From Octopus vulgaris (taxonomy: Eukaryota): DNA of 64,000 bases. Both the position numbers and the translations under genes were made by a program. Every line of letters begins with the position of its first letter. The first letter of the stretch is position 1. Positions 52,156 through 64,000 of the stretch are shown here, piece by piece. The notes under the pieces were generated by a model. That model was not told the DNA's origin. It was given only the letters and a program-made list of their open reading frames with translations, and made no database searches. The stretch covers positions 126,232,001 through 126,296,000 of the forward strand of contig OX597814.1 in assembly GCA_951406725.2 (NCBI GenBank). Reading direction: 5' to 3'.

Positions 52156-52921
52156 CATTGATTCCTAAGTATATAACCCTTATATCACTTGATGTTCCCA
52201 ATATATCTTTTCATCCATTTTGTCTTTTTTTTCTTTTTCTTTTTTTTTTTGTTATAGTTTTTATGATAAGAGTTATTGAATTGTAAGAAGAAAATCTGTT
52301 TAGTTGTTTTTATAGAAATCTTCAAGTTAGTGAAGAGGTTGCAGAATTCAGCAGATGTCAGATGTCTGGCCTTAAGAATTTTATTAGAAATAACTTTACA
52401 TACAAATTTTTTTCTGTCTTCTAAAATACAATAGAACTAATTTATAGCTTTTTAAGAAGCAAATGACTTTGATGATAATGCCATGTTATAAAAACCATTA
52501 TTTTCTGTTGATTACTAAAGTTCCTTCCTGCACCTTGTGATAAATATAATGGCAAAAAGTTTCCTCTTAATAAACAAGGTTACTATATGATAAACGTACT
52601 GAGTGGGAAAGTTTGAAAATTGCTATACAGTTTATGAAGTAGCTTCTTCACAGTACAGTATCTTTGACAAGTGTCTTCTACCAATGCTTTGTAAGTGGAT
52701 TTTGTAGGTGCAAACTGAAAGACTATTTAAGCATGTATGTGTGTGCATGTGTGTATGTTTGTTTACATTTGCACTTCTCTATTAGTTGCTGAGCTTCAAG
52801 CAGCACTGTTGTTATTTCTCATCCACAAATTATCCACTGATTTTTAAATCTTTTACTTCAAAAGCAGGTAAGGGCAACAAGAAAGGCATCCAGTTATAAA
52901 ACAATGGCTAAATAATATATA

Positions 52922-54175
52922 CAGGGGTTGGACAAAATAATGGAAACACCTAAAAATTTCAAACAAATTTATTTTAATATGGTGTAGGACAGCCTTTAGC
53001 AGTAATTACAGCTTGAATTCTATGAGGTATGAACTCGTACAAAGTTTGAATTGTTTCCAAGGGAATTTTTGTCCATTCTCCAGCTAAAACAACCTCAAGT
53101 TCTTGTAGTGATGATGGTGAAGGATATCGACTCCTTATTTTTCTAAAATGTACCATAAATGTTCAATAATATTGAGATCTGGGAACTGTGGTAGCCAGAT
53201 AAGATGCTCAACTTCACTAGAATGTTCCTCATGCCATTCAGTAACAACTTTAGCTGTGTGAATTGGTGCATTATCATCCTGAAGGATTGCGTTTCCCTCC
53301 AGAAACAGTTCTGTAAACATAGGATGAATTTGATCAGATAAAATGCTTAAATAGTCTTGACTATTATTTCTGCCATGAAGGGAAACCATTGGGCTGATGG
53401 ATTTCCAAGATATAGCCCCCCAGATCATCCTCTATGTTTAACAGTTGGAAGAAGGCACTCTGGATCAAATGCTTCTTTTGGCTGTCTTCACACGTATACT
53501 CAGCTGGTTGTCAGAAATAAGGAATAAAGATGACTTCTCCAAGAAAATAACATTCTTCCACTACTCTAGGGACTAATTCTGAAGGTTTTTAGTCCACTCT
53601 AAAAGCTTTGCGACATTTTATTTTGAAAGTAGTGGTTTTCTGATTGCAGCCTTCCTATGGAATCCGGCTTTGTACAGCTACCGGCGAACGGTTTTTGTGG
53701 AAACTGGGTTCTCGAGGTGGTCATTAAGCTCTGCAGTAATTTTGGGAGCTGTACTTTTGTGATCCTTTCTAACAATTTGCATAAGAGTCTGACAGTCCCT
53801 CTCTGAAAGTTTTGGTTTTCTTCCAGAGTTTTGATTCGATGAGGAGGTTTTTCCCTCTTTATCAAAGCTGTCGTTACTTTCAAGACAGTACTTCTTGATA
53901 CACCAAACATTTTGGCTGTTTTCGTTATTCTAGCGCCTGCCATACAAGCACCAACAATTTGACCTCTTTGAAAGTCCGATAGATCTGTCATTTTAATGAT
54001 CTTTAATTACCTTTTTCTGATGATAACTGAAAAGAAACAGCAATTTTAGCAAAACATATTAAGCAACACTAATAATAAATCAAAAAAAAACATAAAAATA
54101 AACAAGCTTTTGACAGTTTTATAGATATTTCAAAATTATGATGCTAGGTGTTTCCATTATTTTGTCCAACCCCTG
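52922..54175 (-). mobile_element. Full-length Tc1-family (DD34E) DNA transposon, 1254 bp
   Basis: Perfect 31-bp TIRs caggggttggacaaaataatggaaacaccta, TA on both sides, embedded in short TA repeats. Confidence 0.96.
52974..53991 (-). pseudogene. Frameshifted Tc1 transposase
   Basis: MTDLSDFQRGQIVGA...FGVSRSTV (HTH), MIWGAIS, LQDDNAPIH, PDLNIIEHLW and RIQAVITAKGCPTPY are split over several frames. Confidence 0.93.
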
Positions 54176-54501
54176 TATATAAATATATATATATATTTGA
54201 CAGTTTGCAAGCTAGATTGTGTATCACACCACAAAGCATATAAATTAAGCATTCGTATATATTTTTGTTTGTGCAAATATATCTTTTGGTGAAAACTGGT
54301 GCTCACAGGCAAAAATTTCTTGTGTCATATTTATTCCACCTGAGTTGTACAAACAGTTCCTTGTCATTCTCAGCATCAGAAAAGCAATGAGTCAATGATT
54401 GGCCCATAAGAAATCTGTAACTAGTAACACTGTTTCTCACAAAATGTGATGATATAAAATAAATGGTTGTATATTTTACTTCTACCAAATTTTTTAAAAT
54501 G

Positions 54502-54825
54502 ATATTCTGTTGTGTCTGGGGAGTCATTTTCTTTTTGTATCTTATAATTTAACACACTCACCGGTAAAATTTCTACTTATTCCTTATTTTTATTTTCCTT
54601 GCAACCTTTTCAAGAGAGAAGACTATTGAAAAGGTTGCAAGACGCAACGAAAATTTTAGGAAAATAAAAATAAGAAAAAAAAGGGGAAATTTTACCGGTG
54701 AGTGTGTTACATTATAAGGCACAAAAAGAAAATTACTCTCCCCAGACACAACAGAATATGCGTCAAACACACAAACTCACATAAAGAATCTTGCAAACCA
54801 AATCCAAAAACGAAATTTAAAAATG
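54502..54825 (+). mobile_element. Fold-back element (hairpin 54502-54759 plus tail)
   Basis: atattctgttgtgtctggggag...caccggtaaaattt...ttgcaaccttttcaa is mirrored by ttgaaaaggttgcaa...aaattttaccggtg...ccccagacacaacagaatat; the left arm lacks ~18 bp present in the right arm. Confidence 0.65.
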
Positions 54826-55431
54826 TTCTATTTTTTTTAATGTAGTGGGTATAATTTGAATAGGATTTTGATGCTATTTCTAGCATATCAATAGGCCATA
54901 TAAAAGCTCCTTTTATATTTCGTAAAAGGGGAAAGCGACATTGCACATAATCTTTGTAATCACTCTGCTGCTAAGATTGGTGTGGTAGATGTTTAGCTTG
55001 GCCTCTAGTTTAGTGTAGGAATTATGTGAGTGGTCTAGGGGCTGCAGTTCTGGATAGAAATGACTGAAAAACGTTTAGAGTGCAGGATTTGTGGAATGAG
55101 GACAAAGTAACTATGATGAATGGGTGAGAAATATGAATATTTAATGGATCCTGGGTGAAAATGATAGAAATGATGCAACAGCTTGTTAATCTAGAGAAGC
55201 AAAAGCAATTTCACAAGAGAGAGAGAGAGAGTAGTAAAACAATGTATTTTAAGAACCAGTTTGGTAGTTAACAGGATCAGAGGAGTTATTATTTTTGAGG
55301 GTGGGGCAAACTGATGTCTTTCCAAAATTCATTGTTTGGCTCCAAATTAGCCTTCGTCAAGCAAGATTGGTGATCAAAGGTGTCTATCCACAACCATCTC
55401 TTCCTTTTTTAGACATGTCATTTCTCTTGAA

Positions 55432-55645
55432 CCCTTTCATTACTGTATTTATTTTGAGATGCTCTGTGTTTCTTTCAATTACTTTAAATATAACAAAGAA
55501 TTTAGTAAAATAACTTAGTTATCATTCAGCTAGTGTTAGGAACATAAATTGTGACTAAGGTTTGGTGGAAGATTTTAATTCAAAACTTATTAAAACAAGA
55601 CATTTGTACTCAGAGCCAGAGCCAACCAGATTGGTAATGAAAGGG
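55432..55645 (-). mobile_element. piggyBac-type MITE (reverse copy of 14113-14332)
   Basis: TGAA|CCCTTTCATTAC...GTAATGAAAGGG|TTAA; inserted in a copy of the unclassified 200-bp repeat. Confidence 0.85.
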
Positions 55646-57324
55646 TTAAGACAGTTCAGTGTAATATTCGAGAAATTTAGCTTTTAATTTTTGCGGTTAG
55701 CTCATTCTTCTAATCATCCCATCTTTTTATATATCAGGGACATTATCCAGTGTCTCCTTTAATACAGTAGGGTGTGATTTCATAGTGACTTAGCTGTTAT
55801 TTCCAGAAGATCAGACAATCACGCAGATATTTCACCTGTAAGTCTGTAGATTCTGATAATGGCCACAGAAGAGATGGACTTTATGGCTGCAAGACATTTG
55901 TGTGTTGTTAATTTACACTTATCGCTGATAGTGTGTTTCTCTTTGAACAGGCTTTAAGATTAATGAGATAATTTATGCTGATGCTATTTTTGTATGTGTG
56001 TGTTTGTATTCATCATATACTGATATATTAAGATTTCTGTCTTCATCTTGGTTATCATAATCATAAAGTTTTGACCATTGTTGAGAACAGAGACAAAACA
56101 AGAGAGAGAGAGTGGGGAGAGAGATAGAGACAGTGGCAAGTATTACAGGATATAGGACAGCAAGTCTACAGTAGAGCTAACATCACTAAAATCAGCTTGG
56201 CTATTGCTGAGAAGTGAGAGACTCAAGTTAAGGAAGAAGTTGAGTGTTTATGACCACTCTCATCACCTTTGAAATTGTGATCTAGGTGACTGTTGTTGTA
56301 TACAGTAATGCTTTCATAATTTCAAAGTGAACCCTTTATTCGATCCATAGGAGTAAATTGTTGTCATTCCATTGTCTGGATTAAATAGGAGATACAGTGG
56401 TTTGTGAAGCGGGTGAGGTAGTTGTGTTTTGAGAGGCTTGTAAATATGTGTGTGGGTGATTTTGTATGCTGTAACAGCAATTGGAAGGCTGGATTTTTCT
56501 CGAATTGTGTGTGTGGTGGGGGAGTATTGAGAGAGAGAGAGAAAGATAACAGAATGATATATAATGTGATAAATATTGTTCATATTTATATGTAAATACA
56601 CACACCCACACAAATAGGAAATGAGAATATAGATCAGGAGGTTTTGTTGAAGGATCATTGTGGAAACAAGGAGGAAGAAGAAAATCAAGAAACAAGGAAA
56701 GAGTGAAAGAGAAATAGCTATAATATTCAAATGTTGAAGTAAAATTTAGCTGACCAAGTGTAAGTATAAAAGGAAAGTGTGTGTAGAAACTACTGGCATA
56801 CACAGACGCACACATAGACAAACAAAAACGCATTTTTGCACATATACACACACTGGAGTGTGTAAACATGCATTCAGGATAGAAACAAGTCACATGATCA
56901 AGCAAGTCAAGGAAGATATAAAGGTTGAGTGGTTGGGAAGAGATACAGTGGAGCCACTAATGATGGAACCCCCGTGAAAGTGTCAACAAAACCTAGAGTT
57001 AAGTCTATTCCAGTAACAAAATATGAATGTGACTTGTTACAGAAAATTATAAAATTAGTCAGTAGGGCAGACCAACTGTCGGGGAGATGTATTATCAGAA
57101 CTCTATGTTCATCAAAAATGAAACATATGTTCATTTCAAATAGGGTTTGAAAATACCACTAAACTTCTTATCTTTCCTTCTCTAAGTGATTATGCTTGTC
57201 TTTGTAAACTCATTACAGCCTGCCCTATTTCCAAAAAGTGGGACCCTTTCAGATCTACTGGTAACTCTACTCTCCTACCTTCTGGTATAATTCTCTCTCT
57301 CTCTCTCTCTCCCAACTGAGTAGA

Positions 57325-57680
57325 TACACCTATGATCAATAAAGCTGTTCCAGCCATAACAATCACAACCTTCTTTAGGACATTGTGTATCCCAGATTAT
57401 CTTACCTGACATGTCTGTTTCTTTTTATGATTGTAGGGTATAATATGAGGGAGATTTGGTTGCTATTTCTAGACGTACAATAAATATTTGAGGGTCCTCT
57501 ACTAACTATATTGTTGTTTTTGTTCAACCCAAGCCCCCTTTGATCAAACAGACCAAAAGTATTCCAACCATGACCGTCTCATTTACCTTCAGGTACACTA
57601 TATCTTAGACTGTATTACCCTATGTGTCCTTCTTATAAGACAGTAGGCTGTAATTTGAGGGAGATTTGGGAGTTATTTCA
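57325..57680 (+). repeat. Two adjacent copies of the unclassified ~200-bp repeat
   Basis: Both contain ttcca(g/a)ccat(a/g)ac...gtaggg/gtaggc...gagggagatttgg...tatttc. Confidence 0.65.
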
Positions 57681-58879
57681 GTAACTGCACCTGTCTCATT
57701 GACAGCTGTTGTTTGGTGCTGGGTCCTGATGATTATTGGGTAAAGATTCGATTTAAATGTCGAACAGCTTCCCTTCTGCTTCTTATCATGAGAAAAACAA
57801 GAATGTTACAATATCTTCATAAGAGGAAAATTATTTAACTTTCATTAATGCTGACTTAACCACATAGTGGTCAATCAAATAAGGTTGACCTAGATGAGAT
57901 GCTGTGTTCAAATCTTCTTGTCTTCAACATTCTGTTCCATTGCTATAAAAGTAGTCCTTGACATTAGCAATGTTGTGCCCTCAAAACTTGCCATTGCACC
58001 TTCCCTATCAATTATCTGACCATGACAAGGTTATCAGTTTCATTAAATCTAATATTGCCTTTGGTTAGTTCCTCATAAATGTATGCTAAGTATATCTTTT
58101 GTAAAGCTCCTCCAACTTGATATGGCCCTAGAGCAGGATTTGTGTAATTTAAAAGAGTATATTTGGTCATTTCAATGTTTGTATGGTCAATTGACATAAG
58201 AAATAATTAAAGATAATATGATAGGATTAATGGTGTTACAGATTTATAGAACAGTTCTCCACATTACAGAAATATGTTGTTGTTGGTGGTGGTGGTGGTG
58301 GTGGTGGTGGTGGTGGTGTCAGCAGTAGCTGCTGCTGCTTCTGTTGTTTAGTTATGAAATCAGGCCTGGTCCACGATAAAATACAAATCAACCATGATAT
58401 TTCCATTATTTTTCAAATGTAGTGTATCTAATCTGATATGTCCTTCATGTTTCAAAAATCATTAGAATGTGATTTGAGGAAATTTGGCTGATATTTCAAG
58501 CAGGTTGAATGGCTACATAGATGTTTTCTTGTTAGCTTGATGCGTGCTTCTGTATAAAGATATGAAGGCAAATAGTAACATTAATATATTTCCTGTGATT
58601 ATTAACAAAAGAGACAGAAAAGCAGCTGCTCTACATCTGAATTGAAACTTTGGCCTATTATCACAAAGATTCACACCAAAAAGCAGCTGTCACCAGACTA
58701 AACACAGATGCATTAGCAGATTCATCCAAAAGACGAAGTAAGCTGAAAATAAAGGTGTTTATTATAAGGATGATGTGACTAATGAAAATGATAATGATGA
58801 TGACAGCAGCAATGACTATGATGCTGTTGTTAAAGGGATTATAATGACAACAATGATAGAAATATCATTATATATTTAT

Positions 58880-58914
<35 letters not shown>

Positions 58915-58999
58915 TACTGACAAAAATATAGGTAAGAATTATTTGCAAAGTTAAACATCTTTTATTGCTGTAAAAAATTCTTAACAATGAAGTTATTCA

Positions 59000-59610
59000 G
59001 CAGATGTACAGGAGTAGTTCATAGTTGATCATCCATGAAACAAATTCTTTCAAATATTTGGAGGGCTTTCTAGAAATAGTTAATAGCTTCTGTTACCTAG
59101 GTGACTGTATCAGTAGTAGAAAAAAGGTTTTCTGCAAGCATAGTAGTAACAAGACTAAGAACAGAGTGCTTACAACAAAAAGATTCTCTCTCAATTTTGT
59201 GGAGAAATGTTATACAATATCTCATGGTAGTGAAACATGACCATTAAGTGTGGAGGATGTGCAAAGGTTGAACAGATGTGAAGCAAGCATGCTTTGCTAA
59301 ATGTAAGTATGAATGGACAAAAGATCGCAAACAGGCTGAGAGAAGAACTGGTATGTGAGGAGTCAAATGTAGTATGTGAGAGAGAAGATTGAGCTAGTAT
59401 AGATAAGTGATGCATATGCAAAGAAATGCCAAGCAATAGAAATAGAAGGAAGCTGCAGGAGAGGTAGATATGAGAAAAACTGGTGAAGGCTGATTGGGGA
59501 ACCTCATTTTGAAGATGACAAAGAATCATAGCAAATGACAAGACACTTAGATGGAGAAAATCCATCCAGCTTAGGTAAGCATAGTAAAATGAATATAAAA
59601 TTATGATGGT
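59000..59610 (+). mobile_element. Degraded RTE ORF 3' fragment
   Basis: FLEIVNSFCYLGD, HGSET*, EASMLC, LREEL.., end-of-ORF motifs. Confidence 0.72.
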
Positions 59611-59907
59611 AGCAAGACATTGTTCTGGAAATGACCTATCCAGCCCAAACAAGCATAAAATAGTGGTGGTGGTGGTAGCAGCAGTGGTGATGGTAGTGAC
59701 AATGATGATGATGATGATAAGAATGATAAAGTCATGTCAAAATTCCAAAGATTATTCTTTTTCTTGAAACTAATATAAATGAATAAATGTTTAAACTATG
59801 TACACACACGTATTTCTTTTGTCATCCGTTGAGCTAATTTTTGACATTTCTTCAAACTACTTGTAAAACTAAAATTCACTCCTTTTTATTCGTTTTTCTT
59901 CATATCT

Positions 59908-60066
59908 ATCATCGTCATCATCATCATTTAACGTCCTCTTTCCATGTTGGTATGGGTTGGGTGGTTTGACATGGAGCTGGCTAGCAGTGAGCTGTCCAGA
60001 CTCCAGTTGACTGTTGAGGCATGGTTTCAATGGCTGGATGCATTTCCTTACACCAACCACTAAACA
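59908..60066 (-). mobile_element. RTE-tail element fragment
   Basis: (ATC)n tttaacgtcctctttccatgttggtatgggttgg...ggctggatgcatttccttacaccaaccact. Confidence 0.75.
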
Positions 60067-60442
60067 GAGACAGAGAGGAAACATAGCATATCATTAGGCC
60101 AGTGTGTTGGTGAGTGACAGTTTACCAGTTAGATTGCAGATACCATGACCTCTAAAGACCAGACAATCCTTCCAATTGCTTCATTGCTTATTATGAATTA
60201 TCTCCCTTACTTTTGGTTTTGTCAGCAGTATATGCCTTACTTTGATACTGGTATGGTCTCAATGAATTAGAGTTATCATGCTCACTAAATTAAATATATT
60301 AACACTATACTAATTAGCTAACCTTTAGTTTAGATGTGTTCCAGAATGTCTGCATGTCTAACATCTGCTCCCTCCCTGTTATGTGTGGTATGCTAATGTG
60401 AAACACACTTGAGTTCTGTTGATTGTAAGTTCAGTGCCAGAA

Positions 60443-61064
60443 TAGAGTGGAGTAAAAACCTACAGAATTGGTCCATAGAGCAGTGGAAGAATGTTCTTTT
60501 CTTGGACGAGCCATCCTTTACCTTATTTCCAACCACTGGCTGAGTATACGTGTGGAAACAGCCAAAAGAAGCATTTGATCCAGACTGCCTTCTTCCATCT
60601 GTTAAACATGGAGGAGGATCTGTGATGATCTGGGGGTCTATATCTTGGAAATCCATCAGCCCAATGGTTTCTCTTCATGGCAGAATTAATAGTCAAGACT
60701 ATTTAAGTATTTTATCTGATCAAATTCATCCTATGTTTACAGAACTGTTTCCGGAGGGAAACACAATCCTTCAGGATGATAATGCACCAGTTCACACAGC
60801 TAAAGTTGTTACTGAATGACACGAGGAACATTCTTGTGAAGTTGAACATTTTATCTAGTCACCACATTTTAGAAAAACAAGTAAGGAGTCAATATCCTCC
60901 ACCACCATCACTACAAGAACTGGAGACTGTTTTAGCTGAAGAATGGACAAAAATTCCTTTGGAAACAATTCAAGCTGTAATTACCACCAAAAGTGATCCT
61001 ACCCCATTTTAAAGTAAATTTGTTTGAAATTTTAAGATGTTTCTATTATTTTGTCCAACCCCTG
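60443..61064 (+). mobile_element. 5'-truncated Tc1 copy (same family as 52922-54175)
   Basis: VKHGGGSVMIWGSIS...LQDDNAPVH; ends in TIR ttattttgtccaacccctg|TA; internal deletions. Confidence 0.93.
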
Positions 61065-61887
61065 TATGTATATATATTTGTGTGTGTGTGTGTATGTAAG
61101 TGTGTGTGTGTTTGTATGTATGTATGTATGTATGTATGTATGTAGCATTCTGGAAATTGCAATTCCAACTTTATAATGAACATGTAGATGCCACATTTCT
61201 GCTTTATCTATAAAATGTAGGTGATACTGTCAGTGTTATGAGAGAACTACATTTATAAATCTTTCTGAACTACAAAAGACATAAATAAGTTCAAGCGAGA
61301 AATTAATTATATTAAAGAATGTGCTGAAGGCTCTAACCTGAAGCTGTTGATATCCTAATTAACTTAAGCAACTTAATTAGTAATGTACAGCTGTAGAATG
61401 TCTCACTTCAAATAAAATCAGCATTGTGTCATGCAATAGATGACATAGCCAAGGTGCCATGGGTTTAAGTATTTGTGTGTGTGAGTGTGTGTCTGCCTGT
61501 CTGTCTGAGTGCATGTGTGCATGCATACGTGACTATCACATATGTATTTGTCTGAAAATTTGTCCCTATTTATGTGTTTGTTTTATTGCCATGTGTCTGT
61601 GTGTGATGGTCTGATTGTGTGTATGTGTATATATCTAAGTGAATGTCCATCTCAGTGCATGTCAGTGTTTGTGTGTGTGTAATGTATATATTTGTATGTG
61701 AAGTAAGTGTTAACTTAATGTGTATCTGCTTGTGTATGTGAGTCTGTGTAGAATGTTTAGGGTTTGTAACTCTTTGACAGTTCAGTCTTGTGTTTCTTAT
61801 GTTTTACCTGATCCAGTATAAATTGATGTTCAAGTTTGTTTTCCAACCTGTTCATACTACAGTAGGTGAGATACTGAGGCATTTTCT

Positions 61888-62060
61888 CATGATCAAGCAG
61901 ACTTATAGATCAAGCCATTCCAACCATGAACATCCCATTGATAATTTCAGAGATTGTGTATCTTCACCATATTAGCTAATGTGATTTTTCCTCCTTTTAA
62001 GGCAGCAGGATGTGAGTTGAGGGAATTTGGTTGCTATTTTTAGCAGATGACTGACCCCTA
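61888..62060 (+). repeat. Copy of abundant unclassified ~200-bp repeat
   Basis: tgatcaagcagacttatagatcaagccattccaaccatga...gtgagttgagggaatttggttgctatttttagcag. Confidence 0.65.
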
Positions 62061-62146
62061 TGCATAGGCATTAATTTTTGATAGTTCTTGTAAGATATGA
62101 TACATAAGGGAGATAAGTTAGTCAAATATTAATATATAGAGCATCT

Positions 62147-62356
62147 AAGGTGGTGAGCTGGCTGATTCGTTACCAGACTGGGCAAAATGCTTAGCAGCAT
62201 TTCATCTGTCCTTACATTCTGAGTTCCAGTTTCACTAAGGTTGACATTTTCCTTCATTTTTTTAGGGTCAATAAAGTAAGTACCCGTTGAGCACTGGAGT
62301 CAATGTAATTGACCCCCCCCCCCGATATAGCTGGCTTTGTGCCAAAATTTGAAACC
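62147..62356 (+). mobile_element. tRNA-type SINE
   Basis: ggtggtgagctggctgattcgtta...ggcaaaatgcttagc...; 16-bp TSD aatatatagagcatct (62131-62146) / aatatacagggcatct (62357-62372). Confidence 0.87.
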
Positions 62357-63804
62357 AATATACAGGGCATCTTTGTTTCAAAATAGTTTCCGCTTCATGC
62401 TGATATAAATGCACATGTCAACTCACACGCATATTTTTAGCCAATCTAATCTAAACATGGCTATGTCAAACTCCAGTATAAGCTGCAACTTCATTAATCT
62501 AAATAATTGCCCATTACATCATAAATGTAGGTTTAAAGATGTTGTGTACTAGGCTACTGTAGGAAAACAAACAACTTATCTACATCATTAATAGTGAAAC
62601 ACTTCAAATTACCATATATTCAGCATTTCTACACTTTGTTATATATAATTCAGAATAGATGGGATAACACATCGCTTTCAGACTTTATCTGGAATCTAGA
62701 ATTGTAAACAATCAAGTTTAACTTTAATTGGAAAATACTCACCTCTGCGTAATCTTACGCTAGCTACATAAAGCCCACAAACCTTTGTTCAATAGAGACC
62801 TTAGAAATTCTCTTTACTAAAATACTTTCTAACTGCCACACAGAACATATTTCATATTGAACACATAAAATACTTCAACATTTCAAACCTATGATCTACC
62901 TGTGCAAAGTAATTATTCATTTTCCTCTATACATCTTATTCCATTTTACTCTGTAAATTGAAACATTGTATTTGATATCTGATATAACATCTATATTCTA
63001 CCTATTAAACTTCCCTTTATTTCTCTCTTATTTGACTATTGTATTAAAGTGACAACTAATTATCAATTTAAACATTTTATAATTTTACAGTAGATAACCT
63101 ATATTGTAGCATCTTTTTTGAACAGATACAACTGTATCAACATAGATACAATTATATATATTTATAATATATACATAATACTAATCATTTTATTACTATT
63201 AGCATTTTGTTAATAGCAATAGCAACACTGAAACAGCTTCAGATATTTATTACTTATACATCATACTAATCGTTTTATTATTATTAACTTCATTTGTATC
63301 TAATTCATTAATCAGTTTATTAGTTTGTTGTAAGCATTGTTACCCTTTTCCTCTTCCCCAAGCTTACATCATCATCATCAACATCCAATCCTGGTTTTAC
63401 AAAACTATATTAGAATGAGGAATTTTGAAACAAACTTCTACTTAATGATTCTGTGAATGTTATTATTCTGTGTATTATTTCTTTGTTTCTTTTGCTGGTT
63501 TCAGCTATTGGATTGCTGCCAAAACTTTTAGTCAATTATATCGACGCCAGTATGTTTCCTGATATTAAATCATTTTTCTCATTCGATAAAATATATAGCA
63601 GAGATAAGTCTTTTGGATATGAATACATGGAAATGATATCAGGAATTAAGGGGGTTAAGTAGGAGTTTTACAAGTCCAACAGCTGTTTCTGGGGGCTTAG
63701 TGGTTCAAAGTAATGCTTGTTCAAATGTAACAGTTTTCACCACATGCTTATATAAACACAAACACACACACACGCACACACGCACAACACATGTATGTGT
63801 ATAT

Positions 63805-63839
<35 letters not shown>

Positions 63840-64000
63840 TTAACATCCATGTTCCATACTAGCATGGGTTGGACAGTTTAACAGGATCTGTTGGGTTTGA
63901 GACTGCATTATGTCCCAGTGTCTTTTTTGACATGGTTTCTATAGCTAGATGCCCTTCCTTATACCAGCTACTTTACAGTTTGTACTGGGTGTTTTTTTTT
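63805..64000 (-). mobile_element. RTE-tail element with long (ATC)n tail, runs off the window
   Basis: (atc)n tttaacatccatgttccatactagcatgggttggacag...gctagatgcccttcc. Confidence 0.8.

Noticed and set aside
56314-57150. Overlapping 138-aa, 174-aa and 73-aa ORFs
   Set aside because: Low-complexity composition, alternative start codons, no domain motif or splice structure.
57724-57770. CTGATGA...GAAC as a hammerhead (also isolated CTGATGA near 2667, 7069, 17817, 26474, 27556, 34732, 40110)
   Set aside because: No stem II / GAAA / NUH arrangement.
58012-58197. 61-aa minus-strand ORF with protein-like composition
   Set aside because: No recognisable motif or splice sites, and adjacent frames are closed; cannot be supported without a search.
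62738-62810. Minus-strand donor GAG|GTGAGT
   Set aside because: All three upstream frames hit stops within about 60 nt.

Overview
This is AT-rich eukaryotic DNA packed with repeats and microsatellites. The SINE and LINE repertoire points to an octopus or other coleoid cephalopod (inferred, not checked against a database). Only one host exon is convincing: 133 bp at 32186-32318 (+), encoding a YWTD / LDL-receptor class B beta-propeller repeat. The window is therefore probably two very large introns of an LRP-like gene. The rest is transposon debris: a full-length but broken Tc1 with 31-bp TIRs plus a truncated sister copy, an internally deleted mariner, TTAA-flanked piggyBac-type MITEs, tRNA-type SINEs with recognisable TSDs, and many RTE-LINE fragments. 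One RTE family carries a PHD finger inside its RT domain. The most interesting unexplained structure is six sequence-unrelated fold-back elements, four of them sitting in TA/TG microsatellites. Their loops often keep a GAAA-like...GTC motif near the axis of symmetry, and three decayed minimal hammerhead-ribozyme motifs occur elsewhere in the window. Together these suggest Penelope-like retroelement remnants. Nearly all ORFs in the supplied track are spurious. TIR, TSD, exon and hairpin ends were counted by eye; boundaries of degraded repeats are approximate.
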